From Desulfobulbaceae bacterium (lineage in GTDB: Bacteria; Desulfobacterota; Desulfobulbia; Desulfobulbales; Desulfobulbaceae), in assembly GCA_013201405.1 (NCBI GenBank), contig JABMJC010000001.1, positions 13,878-77,877 of the forward strand: a stretch of 64,000 nt of DNA, given 5' to 3'. Within the stretch, counting starts at the first letter, position 1; every line of letters starts with the position of its first letter. Position numbers and translations under genes: made by a program. Below, piece after piece: positions 49,321-59,044 of this stretch. The notes under the pieces are model-generated. The model worked only from the letters and a program-made list of their open reading frames with translations, ran no database searches and was not told the origin of the DNA.

Positions 49321-52300
49321 ATGAGCCTCTCCCAGCAGCACATCGATCAGGCCATTACTCTGGCCGAGCAGTGGCAGACCCGTGCCAACCAGCTCCTCAC
49401 CAAGGAGGAAAAACACATTCAAGAGCAGATGAAGCAACTGCTCACCCACCCGAAGGACAAGGTGTTGTTAAGCCGCCTGATTGACCAGAGCTTCCGCTCC
49501 AACAATCCCAAACGGGTGGCAGACCAAATCAGTAACCTCCTGCAGGAAGAGGGTGTGCCCGAATTCTTCAGCCGGGTGGAAAAACTGGCCATCCAGATGT
49601 TTGTCGGCCTTGGCCGCCACTTCTCCTCTTTAACCGTGCCCAAACTGATCGAGCAGATGCGCTCCAGCAGCAGCCGAGCCATTATCCCCGGCGAACACGA
49701 GGCCCTGCACCAGCACCTGAAAAAGCGCTTTGATCAGGGCGTGCGCATGAACATTAACCACCTGGGCGAGGCGGTGTTGGGCGAGCAGGAGTCGGCCCAT
49801 CGCAAAACCACCTATATTAAGGACATGGAAGACCCGGATATCGAATATATCTCCATCAAGATATCCACCATCTACTCGCAAATTAGCTCGCTCGCCTTTG
49901 ACGAAACCGTGGCCACCCTGCAAGAGCGGCTCTCGGCCATCTACCGGGCCGCCAAGAAGCACTACTTTACCCGCCCCAGCGGCGAAAAGGTGCCCAAGTT
50001 CGTGAATTTGGATATGGAGGAATACCGCGATCTGGATATCACCTACGCGGTCTTTGTGGCCACCCTGGACCAGGAAGAATTTTTCGACCACTCCGCCGGT
50101 ATCGTACTGCAGGCCTATTTGCCCGACAGCTTCGAAATTCAAAAGAAACTGACCGCCTGGGCCAAGGAACGGGTGGCCAAGGGCGGCGCACCGGTGAAGC
50201 TGCGCATTGTCAAGGGCGCAAACATGGAGATGGAGAAGCTGGAATCCTCCCTGAACAACTGGCCGCTGGCCCCCTACGACAACAAGCTTGAAGTGGATGC
50301 CAACTACAAGCGCATGGTGCGCTTTGGCATGGAGCCGGACAATATCCGCGCGGTCAATTTGGGCATTGCCTCGCACAACCTCTTTGAGCTGGCCTATGCA
50401 GCGGTACTGGCCCGGGAAAACGGGGTGAATGATTTTTTCCACTTCGAGATGCTGGAGGGCATGGCCGACCATGTGCGCCGCGCCCTGCAGGAAAGTGCGG
50501 GCGATCTTTTGCTCTATGCGCCGGTGGCCAGCAAGGATGAGTTCATCAACGCCATTGGCTACCTGATCCGCCGGCTGGATGAAAACACTGCCCCGGAAAA
50601 CTTCCTGCGCTACTCGCCGGATCTGCAGGTGGGCTCGGCTGAGTGGAATTTTTTGAAGGAAGGGTTTCTACGCTCCTGCAAGGCCATTGACCAGGCCCAG
50701 AGCACGCCCAATCGCATTCAGGATCGTGGTAGCGAACAGTTTGATGCGGCGGTTTCCACCTACCATCGCGGCAAATTCATCAACGAGGCAGATACGGACT
50801 GGTCTTTGGCGGCCAACCGCCGCTGGGCCGAGGGTATTCGGGCCAAGTGGATGAAAAAGCCGGAAGATGCACCTCTGGAAATTCCGGTGGTGATCAACGG
50901 CGAAGAGCTCTTTGCAGGCCGCACCATCAAGGAATGCCTCGACCCAAACCAGCATGAAGCAGTCGTTACCGTGGCCCGCTATGCCCTGGCCTCAAGCGAG
51001 GATGCGGAACTGGCCCTCAAGGTGGCCAAGGATGACCCGGATGGCTGGCGCAAACTGAGCGTGCGCCAGCGCCATGAAATTCTCGCCAAGGTGGCCATGG
51101 CGCTCAGGGAGGCGCGCGGTGATCTTATCGGTGCGGCAGCAGCCAGCACCGGCAAGGTCTTTACCGAGGCCGACCCGGAAGTGTCGGAGGCCATTGATTT
51201 TGCCGAATTCTACCCCTATTCCGTGGCCAAGTTCGATGCCATGCCCAATCTCAAGCTGCAGGGCAAGGGCGTGGGCCTGGTTATTTCACCCTGGAACTTC
51301 CCTATCGCCATCCCCTGCGGCGGCATAAGTGCCGCTCTGGCCGCAGGCAACACCGTTATCTTCAAACCCTCTTCTGATGCGGTGCTCAATGCCTGGCAGC
51401 TCTGCCAGTGCTTCTGGCAGGCCGGAGTATCGAAGAAGGCGTTGCAGTTCGTGCCCTGCTCGGGCGCTGAGGTGGGGCCCAAGCTGACCTCAAGCCCCTT
51501 GGTTGATTTCATCATCCTCACCGGCGGCACCGAAACCGGGCTGCGCATTTTGCAGGAAACGCCCGGCGTCTACCTGGCCGCGGAAACCGGTGGCAAGAAC
51601 GCCACCATTGTCACCGACATGGCTGACCGCGATCAGGCCATTAAAAACGTGCTCCACTCCGCCTTTTCCAACTGCGGCCAGAAGTGCAGCGCCACTTCCC
51701 TGCTTATTTTGGAGGAAAGCATCTATGATGACCTGCATTTTAAGCGGCAGCTGGCCGATGCGGTGGCCAGCATGAAGGTGGGCCCGGCCTGGAGCTTAAG
51801 CAACAAACTGGCCGCGCTGATCAAGCCGCCCAGCGGCGATCTGGAGCGCGGGCTCACCAGCCTTGAACCGGGCGAGGAGTGGGTGATCAAGCCTGCCATG
51901 GTGGACGGCAACCCGGCCATCTGGTCGCCAGGCGTCAAGTATGGGGTGCGCCCCGGCTCCTACACCCACATGACCGAATTTTTCGGCCCGGTTCTGGGCG
52001 TGATGCGGGCCAAAGACCTGGATGAGGCAGTCAGCTTTGTCAACCAGACCGGCTACGGCCTGACCAGCGGCCTGGAAAGCTTGGATCCGCGCGAGCAGCA
52101 GCGCTGGAAGAACACGGTCTTTGCCGGCAACCTCTACATCAACCGGGGCACCACCGGCGCCATTGTGCTGCGTCAACCCTTTGGCGGCATGGGCAAATCC
52201 GCCTTTGGTCCTGGGCTCAAGGCAGGGAGCCTCGAATATGTGACCCAGTTCATGGATATCGAGGAAGTCTCAGCCCCGCCTGCCGGGGTACTGCCCGAAA

Positions 52301-52923
52301 ACCACCGCCTGCTGCAACTGGCCAGGGAGTGGCGCCTGCTTCTGCAGTGGGGCAAGCTGCAGCAGTATAAAGAGGATCTGGACAAGGCCATCCAGGCCAT
52401 CATCAGTTGTGTCTACCGGGCCCAAACCATGTACAAGATGGAGCAAGACTACTTTCACCTGCGCGGTCAGAATAACCTTTTGCGCTACTTGCCGGTGGAG
52501 CGGGTCTGCGTGCGCCTGCATGCAGACGACAGCCTCTTTGAAACCCTGACCAGGGTTTGCGCCGCCCTCATTGCCGGCTGCGAAACCGTGGTCAGCCTGC
52601 CGCCGGAGTTGGACAACGAGGTGCTCCGCTTCCTGCAGAGCCGCTATGGCCGCGAACTGCGGCAACTGGTGACCGTGGAGAAGGAGAGCGACGAGGAACT
52701 GGCCGCCCGGCTGAGCAAGGCGGGTCGCCTGCGCTATGCTGCGCCTGAGCGGGTACCGGCCAATGTCTATGCGGCTGCGGCCAAGACTGGCGCATACATT
52801 GCCAGAACCCCGGTGTACATGGAAGGACGGCTGGAACTGCTGCAGTACTTCCAGCAACAAGCCATCTGCAACAACTATCACCGCTACGGCAACCTGGGCG
52901 AACGCTCCCCGGAATTCGACTGA
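49321..52923 (+). CDS. putA: Bifunctional proline dehydrogenase/P5C dehydrogenase
   Basis: PRODH (LGE, DME, LQAYL, RIVKGAN, YLIRRLDEN) plus ALDH (ISPWNFP, ETGGKN, GQKCSA, EFFGP, GNLYINR). Confidence 0.94.
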   Translation: MSLSQQHIDQAITLAEQWQTRANQLLTKEEKHIQEQMKQLLTHPKDKVLLSRLIDQSFRSNNPKRVADQISNLLQEEGVPEFFSRVEKLAIQMFVGLGRHFSSLTVPKLIEQMRSSSSRAIIPGEHEALHQHLKKRFDQGVRMNINHLGEAVLGEQESAHRKTTYIKDMEDPDIEYISIKISTIYSQISSLAFDETVATLQERLSAIYRAAKKHYFTRPSGEKVPKFVNLDMEEYRDLDITYAVFVATLDQEEFFDHSAGIVLQAYLPDSFEIQKKLTAWAKERVAKGGAPVKLRIVKGANMEMEKLESSLNNWPLAPYDNKLEVDANYKRMVRFGMEPDNIRAVNLGIASHNLFELAYAAVLARENGVNDFFHFEMLEGMADHVRRALQESAGDLLLYAPVASKDEFINAIGYLIRRLDENTAPENFLRYSPDLQVGSAEWNFLKEGFLRSCKAIDQAQSTPNRIQDRGSEQFDAAVSTYHRGKFINEADTDWSLAANRRWAEGIRAKWMKKPEDAPLEIPVVINGEELFAGRTIKECLDPNQHEAVVTVARYALASSEDAELALKVAKDDPDGWRKLSVRQRHEILAKVAMALREARGDLIGAAAASTGKVFTEADPEVSEAIDFAEFYPYSVAKFDAMPNLKLQGKGVGLVISPWNFPIAIPCGGISAALAAGNTVIFKPSSDAVLNAWQLCQCFWQAGVSKKALQFVPCSGAEVGPKLTSSPLVDFIILTGGTETGLRILQETPGVYLAAETGGKNATIVTDMADRDQAIKNVLHSAFSNCGQKCSATSLLILEESIYDDLHFKRQLADAVASMKVGPAWSLSNKLAALIKPPSGDLERGLTSLEPGEEWVIKPAMVDGNPAIWSPGVKYGVRPGSYTHMTEFFGPVLGVMRAKDLDEAVSFVNQTGYGLTSGLESLDPREQQRWKNTVFAGNLYINRGTTGAIVLRQPFGGMGKSAFGPGLKAGSLEYVTQFMDIEEVSAPPAGVLPENHRLLQLAREWRLLLQWGKLQQYKEDLDKAIQAIISCVYRAQTMYKMEQDYFHLRGQNNLLRYLPVERVCVRLHADDSLFETLTRVCAALIAGCETVVSLPPELDNEVLRFLQSRYGRELRQLVTVEKESDEELAARLSKAGRLRYAAPERVPANVYAAAAKTGAYIARTPVYMEGRLELLQYFQQQAICNNYHRYGNLGERSPEFD

Positions 52924-52970
52924 TTGCCATCCCAGACCAACGCGGTTTCTTGACAGAGACTGCGTGCATG

Positions 52971-53007
52971 CGCCGCCTCCATCTACCCCCCATGGAGGCG
53001 GCGTTTT
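52971..53007 (+). terminator. Intrinsic terminator after putA
   Basis: 12-bp stem CGCCGCCTCCAT/ATGGAGGCGGCG plus TTTTT. Confidence 0.8.
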
Positions 53008-53163
53008 TGTCCTGCCTGGCCTGCGCGTTCCAATTCGGCGCTAAAAATGCTATCAAGAAGGCGAGGAAGAACGAGGCTGGCAAATATACAGGTACGTTTT
53101 GTGACCTATTTTCTGCAACCGGCACAGATAGAACTTGGTATGGAATTGAGATAAAAGAAAAAT

Positions 53164-54057
53164 ATGCAGCCACAACAGTACAGCGCCTACCTCTTCACCG
53201 GCCTGACCATCCTCTTCTGGGGCGGAGCTGCCTCTGCCTTCAAATTGGCCCTGGCCTGGATTACACCCTTTACCCTTTTGGCCTATAGTTGCCTGATCTC
53301 CTTTCTCTTCTTATTTGCCCTTTTGGCTGTGCAGGGCAAGCTCGGTGCCATCGCCCGCCTGCCAGCCAAGGAAATGCGCCATGCCCTGCTCTTGGGCCTG
53401 CTCAATCCTTTTTTATACTACATTGTCCTGTTTAAGGCCTACAGTCTTTTGCCCGGCCAGATCGCCATGTCGCTCAACTATGGCTGGCCCCTGGTGCTCA
53501 CCCTGCTGTCTGTACCCATTTTGGGACAGCACCTGAGCCGCTCGCAACTGGCGGCCGTGACAGTGAGTTTTTTCGGGGCCATTATCATTGCCACCAAGGG
53601 CGAGCTGACCAGCTTTGGCGGGCTTAACGGGCTGGGCCTGATCCTTGCCGCTGCCTCCACCCTGATTTGGGCAGTGTTCTGGCTGGTGAATGCCCGCAGC
53701 AACCAGGATCCGGTAGCGCAGCTCTTTCTCGGTTTTGGCGCGGCCCTGGTCTGCATAATCCTGGCGGTGCCGCTTTTTGGCGGCATGGAGCGGCCGCCCC
53801 TGCAGGCCACCCTGCCGCTGATCTATGTGGGTCTTTTTGAAATGGGGCTTACCTTTGTCCTCTGGCTCAGCGCGCTTAAGCGGGCAAAAAGTGCTGCCAG
53901 CATCGGCAACCTCATCTACTGCACTCCGTTCCTTTCCCTGATCTTCCTGCGCCTGATCGTGGGCGAGGCCATCCACAGCGCCACCTTCATCGGCCTGGTG
54001 CTGATTGTGGCCTCCCTGCTCTTTCAGGAGTGGCAGCGGGCAAAAAGAGCAGCATAA
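53164..54057 (+). CDS. EamA/DMT family transporter
   Basis: About 10 TM helices in two EamA repeats. Confidence 0.88.
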   Translation: MQPQQYSAYLFTGLTILFWGGAASAFKLALAWITPFTLLAYSCLISFLFLFALLAVQGKLGAIARLPAKEMRHALLLGLLNPFLYYIVLFKAYSLLPGQIAMSLNYGWPLVLTLLSVPILGQHLSRSQLAAVTVSFFGAIIIATKGELTSFGGLNGLGLILAAASTLIWAVFWLVNARSNQDPVAQLFLGFGAALVCIILAVPLFGGMERPPLQATLPLIYVGLFEMGLTFVLWLSALKRAKSAASIGNLIYCTPFLSLIFLRLIVGEAIHSATFIGLVLIVASLLFQEWQRAKRAA

Positions 54058-54176
54058 GCCTGCATGGCCGGGCGGAAATGACTATACTGTGGATTGGTTC
54101 CTGTGTCGCAGCAGGCGCTTCGCGGCACACTATCAGCTCAGGATCCCTACAGATCGCAACCAACGAGGTGATACCA

Positions 54177-54617
54177 ATGAAAAAAATAATCGCCCTTGCC
54201 CTGCCCGTGGGCCTTGCTGGCCTATTCCTCCTGCCCGATGCGGCCCTGAGCCGTATCTCCGGTTCCCTCGGCTACAGCCCTGCCGATAATGTCTATTTTG
54301 GTGTTTCGCGCGACTTCCATTCCAGAGGCGCTGCATTCTGGGGCGGACTGGGCGAGCTTTCCCTGGGCCATATCTTTGCACCCTTTGTTGTTGATCCGCC
54401 CTTCGTACTGGACCAGCCCTTCAGCCAGCCAGGCTATGCCCCGTATGCCCCGAGGTATAGCACCCAGCCCGTGTACTCCTATCCTCCAGCAGTACCACCC
54501 GGACTCTGCCGCTGGGAACGCACCGTACTCGATGGCTCTGGCCGGCCGCTTCTGGATGCGAGCGGCATGCCGGTGAAGCAGTACACCATCGGCTCCTGCT
54601 CGTCGCCGCCTCAGTGA
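54177..54617 (+). CDS. Exported Pro/Tyr-rich hypothetical protein
   Basis: GAGGTG RBS, MKKIIAL signal peptide, Pro-rich linker, C-terminal two-Cys module. Confidence 0.65.
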   Translation: MKKIIALALPVGLAGLFLLPDAALSRISGSLGYSPADNVYFGVSRDFHSRGAAFWGGLGELSLGHIFAPFVVDPPFVLDQPFSQPGYAPYAPRYSTQPVYSYPPAVPPGLCRWERTVLDGSGRPLLDASGMPVKQYTIGSCSSPPQ

Positions 54618-54639
54618 GGACTTTGCAGGCGGAGCAACC

Positions 54640-55320
54640 TCACTGCCCTGGAGCCGAGGGTAAAAAGGAGCTGATATCTGCAGAGTACTTGGTCATGGCC
54701 TTGAAACCTTTGCTGGCCAAGGCTTCTTTGGCCTGTTCCCCATCTTTTTTGTCTACCCGGATCACCAACTGGCTGATGCCGCAGTGGCCGGCCACAGGGT
54801 AGCAAAAAAAGCTCTGAATGTTGATCTGTGCTTCGCTGAGTGCAGCCGTCACCTTGGCCAGGCGACCAATTTGGTCGTCGATAAAGAGGCTCAATCTGAT
54901 GCTGTCTTCGCTCATGCCAATGGCGTCCAGCAAAACACCCATGACATCGGTGCTGGTAACAATGCCCACCAGGTCGCTGTTAGCCGTCACTGGCAGTGAG
55001 CTGATGTCATGGGTTTGCATGATATAGGCAGCTCGCTCGATGGTGGTGTCTGGAGTGGCGGTGACCACGGTTCGCACCATGATCATGTCAACGGTCAACT
55101 TTTGTAGCAGATAGGCCAATTCGTGTGCGCTCAAGGTGGTGGCAGGAGAAGCCCAATTCTGCTTGAGATCGCGGTCGGAGAGCACGCCGACCAGCTTGCC
55201 GTTTTTTACCACCAGCAGATGATCGATATTGTTTTGATCCAGAAGATCCCTGGCTTCCACCAGGGAAGTCTTGGGGGAAACCGTGATCAGCTCTGTACGC
55301 ATGATGCTGCCGATGTACAT
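54640..55320 (-). CDS. CBS-pair plus ACT domain protein (AcuB-like)
   Basis: Two CBS repeats (IDHLLV..GVLSDRD; ISSLPV..GIVTSTD) followed by an ACT domain; AAGGAG RBS. Confidence 0.85.
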   Translation of the reverse strand: MYIGSIMRTELITVSPKTSLVEARDLLDQNNIDHLLVVKNGKLVGVLSDRDLKQNWASPATTLSAHELAYLLQKLTVDMIMVRTVVTATPDTTIERAAYIMQTHDISSLPVTANSDLVGIVTSTDVMGVLLDAIGMSEDSIRLSLFIDDQIGRLAKVTAALSEAQINIQSFFCYPVAGHCGISQLVIRVDKKDGEQAKEALASKGFKAMTKYSADISSFLPSAPGQ

Positions 55321-55422
55321 CTTTTACTCTCCTTGTGTAAAGTTGGATCACTTCTATCAAACGGATAAACCTGCAATATTTGCATAAACATCTGTCAAAA
55401 AACAGATGTGCGCAGCACCGGG

Positions 55423-56844
55423 TTATACGTAAATTCCTTTCACTTCATGGGCTGGATTCAAGGGACGGGCGGCCAGTTCCATGGCCAGAAATTTTGCTTC
55501 CCGCACCATTTCGTTAAGGCCAATACCCTGCCAGCCAAAACCCAGAACATGTAGATTGGCATGGATTTTTTTTAGCTGGTCACGCCAGGCCAGCAGGCTG
55601 CTGTAGGATTCCTCTGGTTGGGGGATGCCTGCCTCGGGACGGAGAACCGCCGTAAAACTAGGTTCTTTGGGTAACGCCATGAGCTGGCTGACATCTGCAA
55701 AGGCGCGCTCGATCATGTCGCTATCCGAGAGTTGCAGGCGTTCTGGATGGCGGCGTCCGCCCACCAGAACTTCCAGAAGCTGGCCGTTGCCGGGCGCACG
55801 ACCAGGAAACATGTGGGTGGAAAAAAGCGCACCCAATGCAAAGCGCTGCTCCTGTTCTGGGGCCAGATAGCCAAAACCAAAAGGTATGGCGGCTTCTGGG
55901 CCAAAACCCAAAAGTACACTGTGGATGCGGGCTTCGGGCAGGGCTTTGGTCGGTGGAGACAGCTCGGTAAGACTTTGTTTGAGCAGTTGCAAACTGGCGT
56001 TAATCGGCAGGGCCAGCACCAGGTGCTGGCAGCGGTATTTTTTGTGTTCTGTGCCCAGCAGCCATCCACCCTGATCTGGTTGGAGAGTCTGTACCGCAGT
56101 CTGCAGATGGAGTTGTTGGGCATCCTGCAAGGGCTTGGCCAGGGCCAAGGGAAATTGCTCCATGCCTGCGACAAAACTGGTCATGGCGGGCAGGCCAGGT
56201 TGCACTGCACCTGTAGTTTGTCGCTCCCGCCTGCGGGCGCGCATTCTACTGAAGAGCGCGCGGAGCACTGAGCCGTGTTTTTTTTCCAGCTCGCGCAAAC
56301 CAGGCATCACCCCGTCGATGCGCAATTTTTTGATATCACCTGCATAGGTGCCAGTGTACACTGCATCGGCAAAGGGCAGCATGGCCGGGCCAAAGCGGTG
56401 CTCCACCCACTGGGCCACCGTGGGCTCACCGGCATCACCGGCATAATAGGGACGCCACAAATCGCCCAAGATGCGAAATTTGTTGCGCCAGCTCATGAGC
56501 GGAGCCAGCACAATACGCGGTGGAGTTTGCGGTACCATGACCAGGCGGCCGCCCAGGCAGAGGTAGCGAACAAAGCGGCTCAATGGCGCGCTGAGCTGGT
56601 CGTTTTCCAGCTCGGCCAGGGCAATGAGTTCTCTGCTCTCTTGCCGATTATCCAGAAAACCATGCGGGCCCCATTCTGCCAGATAGCCCTGGCTGTGGTA
56701 GCTGCGGATGGCGCCGCCGGGACGGTCGCCTTGTTCCAGCACACACAAAGAACGTGCAGGTTGTTCCCTGCGCAAAAACGTGGCCACGGCCAGGCCGCTT
56801 ATGCCTGCACCAACAATGCAGACATCAACTGTAGTTACATTCAT
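55423..56844 (-). CDS. hemY: HemY/HemG-type flavin protoporphyrinogen (or coproporphyrinogen) oxidase
   Basis: IVGAGISGLA, GGAIRS..EWGPHGFL, GTYAGD, GFGYL, GIGLN; start uncertain (56844-56865). Confidence 0.85.
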   Translation of the reverse strand: MNVTTVDVCIVGAGISGLAVATFLRREQPARSLCVLEQGDRPGGAIRSYHSQGYLAEWGPHGFLDNRQESRELIALAELENDQLSAPLSRFVRYLCLGGRLVMVPQTPPRIVLAPLMSWRNKFRILGDLWRPYYAGDAGEPTVAQWVEHRFGPAMLPFADAVYTGTYAGDIKKLRIDGVMPGLRELEKKHGSVLRALFSRMRARRRERQTTGAVQPGLPAMTSFVAGMEQFPLALAKPLQDAQQLHLQTAVQTLQPDQGGWLLGTEHKKYRCQHLVLALPINASLQLLKQSLTELSPPTKALPEARIHSVLLGFGPEAAIPFGFGYLAPEQEQRFALGALFSTHMFPGRAPGNGQLLEVLVGGRRHPERLQLSDSDMIERAFADVSQLMALPKEPSFTAVLRPEAGIPQPEESYSSLLAWRDQLKKIHANLHVLGFGWQGIGLNEMVREAKFLAMELAARPLNPAHEVKGIYV

Positions 56845-56901
56845 ACTCCACATAGCTTGAGGCATGGCAGGCGCAGAGCTTAGTGGCAAGCCGGCCTGTT
56901 C

Positions 56902-56929
56902 TTGACATAAATGCAAGTATGTTTACCAT
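56902..56929 (+). promoter_or_regulatory. Putative sigma70 promoter of htpG
   Basis: TTGACA-N16-TACCAT. Confidence 0.35.
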
Positions 56930-57031
56930 TTTGCATCGATAAATGGAAGGAACATGATGCCGGATCGCCAACCTCTATGCACGGGCCTCCGGCTTCCTCA
57001 TTCATAGATCTGTACACAAAAGGAGTTGTGC

Positions 57032-58915
57032 ATGGCTGCTGCAGAAGTTGAAACGAAACATTTTCAGGCGGAAACCAGAAAGGTTCTGGATATCGTTATC
57101 AATTCGCTCTACACCGAGCGGGATATCTTTGTGCGTGAGCTGGTGTCTAATGCTGCCGACGCCCTGGAGAAATTCCGTCACTACAGCTTGGTGGAAGAGG
57201 TGGAATTCGATGCACATGTTCCCCTGGAAATTACCATTGACTGTGATGACAAAAAACACATCCTGACCATTACTGATACCGGCATCGGCATGAGCAAGGA
57301 TGAGCTGGAAAGCAACCTGGGTACCATTGCCCATTCTGGCTCCAGCCAGTTTCTTGAACAACTGGCCGAAGCGGCCCAAAAGGATGTCAATATCATTGGC
57401 CAGTTTGGCGTGGGTTTCTATTCTGTCTTCATGGCCGCCAAGATGGTTCGGGTGCAAAGCCGTTCGGCCAGCGGCGAAGAGGGACACGAGTGGGCCTCTG
57501 ACGGTGCAGGCACCTATACCATCAGCCCTTGCCCGGGTCTGCACCGGGGCACCAAGATCATCGTTGAGCTAAAGGAAGACGCCCACAACTACGCCAGCAA
57601 GTTCACCATTGAACGCATCATTCAGCAGTATTCCACCTTTATACCCTTTCCGGTTAAGGTGGAGGGCAAGAAGGTGAACACCGTGCAGGCCATCTGGGCC
57701 CGCTCGAAAGGTGAAATTACGGACGAGGAATACAACGAGTTCTACAAGTTCATCGGCAATGCCACGGATGAGCCGCTCTACCGTTTTCATTTCACTGCTG
57801 ACGCCCCCCTGGCTATCCAGGCGCTTTTGTATGTGCCCAAGGAGAATTTCGAAGTGCTGGGCATGGGCCGTATGCCACCGGGTGTCAACCTCTACTGCCA
57901 GAAGGTGCTGATTGATCAGCACAGTGAAAACATCCTGCCGGAGTGGCTGCGTTTTCTCAAGGGGGTAGTGGATTCCGAAGATCTGCCCCTCAATATCTCC
58001 CGGCAAGCTTTGCAGGACAACTCGTTGGTGCTTAAGCTGCGCCGGGTGCTGACCAGACGGATCATTAAATTTTTCAATGAAGAGGCTGAGAACGATCCAG
58101 CCAAGTACCAGGAATTCTGGCACACCTTTGGTATCTTCATTAAAGAGGCGATCACCTCGGATTTTGAGCATCGGGAAGAGTTGGGCAAGCTGCTGCGCTT
58201 TGAGTCTTCGGCTGGCAAAGCGGATGAAATGGTGTCTCTGGATGCCTATGTTAACCGCATGAGCGAGGGACAAGACAGCATCTACTACATCAATGGTCCC
58301 AGCCGAGCTGCCGTGGAAAGCGGACCCTATGTGGAGATGTTCCGTAAAAAGGGTGTGGAGATTCTCTATACTCTGGAACCCATTGATGATTTTGTGCTCA
58401 ACCACCTGGGCTCCTACCGCGACAAGAAACTGGTGTCTGCAGACCGCGCTGATCTGGATCTATCCAAGGCTGTGGTGCAAAAAGACGAAGAGGGTGCCAC
58501 AGCAACTCCGCAGGAAGAACCCTTGTCTTCAGAGGCGGTGGAGCAGCTTTGTGCCTGGATGAAGGAGGTGCTGGGAGAACAGGTACAGGCGGTGAAACCT
58601 TCGCAGCGCCTGGTGGATAGTCCAGCCATGATTGTCAATGTGGATGGCTATATGACCTCCTCCATGGAGCGTCTGCTTAAGGCTTCGGGCCAGGATGGTG
58701 CCCTTGGCATGGGCGGCAAGAAAGACATGGAAATCAATGCAGCCAGCCCGCTGATCAAGAAACTGGCTGCACTCAGGCAGGTCGATGCAGACTTTGCCGC
58801 GGATCTGGCCTGGCAGGTGCACGACAATGCCAAGATCCAGGCTGGTTTGGATGTGGATCCCATGGAGATGGTGCGGCGCAACTATCGTATTCTCGAACGG
58901 GCCGCAGGCGAGTAA
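57032..58915 (+). CDS. htpG: Chaperone HtpG (Hsp90)
   Basis: FVRELVSNAADA, DTGIGM, NLGTIAHSG, IGQFGVGFY, GVVDSEDLPLNISR; AGGAG RBS. Confidence 0.97.
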   Translation: MAAAEVETKHFQAETRKVLDIVINSLYTERDIFVRELVSNAADALEKFRHYSLVEEVEFDAHVPLEITIDCDDKKHILTITDTGIGMSKDELESNLGTIAHSGSSQFLEQLAEAAQKDVNIIGQFGVGFYSVFMAAKMVRVQSRSASGEEGHEWASDGAGTYTISPCPGLHRGTKIIVELKEDAHNYASKFTIERIIQQYSTFIPFPVKVEGKKVNTVQAIWARSKGEITDEEYNEFYKFIGNATDEPLYRFHFTADAPLAIQALLYVPKENFEVLGMGRMPPGVNLYCQKVLIDQHSENILPEWLRFLKGVVDSEDLPLNISRQALQDNSLVLKLRRVLTRRIIKFFNEEAENDPAKYQEFWHTFGIFIKEAITSDFEHREELGKLLRFESSAGKADEMVSLDAYVNRMSEGQDSIYYINGPSRAAVESGPYVEMFRKKGVEILYTLEPIDDFVLNHLGSYRDKKLVSADRADLDLSKAVVQKDEEGATATPQEEPLSSEAVEQLCAWMKEVLGEQVQAVKPSQRLVDSPAMIVNVDGYMTSSMERLLKASGQDGALGMGGKKDMEINAASPLIKKLAALRQVDADFAADLAWQVHDNAKIQAGLDVDPMEMVRRNYRILERAAGE

Positions 58916-58977
58916 GCGCTGTCTTGTTGACTCATCCCCAAGGTAGGGGGTTGGGTAGGAGATTGAGTCTCATCTTG

Positions 58978-59025
58978 AAAAATGGATGTGTTCGGGCTAT
59001 AGGAACACATCCATTTTTGTTTTTT
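58978..59025 (+). terminator. Strong hairpin/terminator after htpG
   Basis: 16-bp perfect stem AAAAATGGATGTGTTC/GAACACATCCATTTTT plus T-rich tail. Confidence 0.75.
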
Positions 59026-59044
59026 CTGTACCCTCGGAGATACC

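Noticed and set aside
55372-55410. Rex-like site TGCAATATTTGCA and ACATCTGT inverted repeat upstream of the CBS-ACT gene
   Set aside because: Short and imperfect; the hairpin could equally be a weak hemY terminator
56860-57031. CIRCE or sigma32 heat-shock element upstream of htpG
   Set aside because: No TTAGCACTC-N9-GAGTGCTAA, and the spacing does not fit the sigma32 consensus
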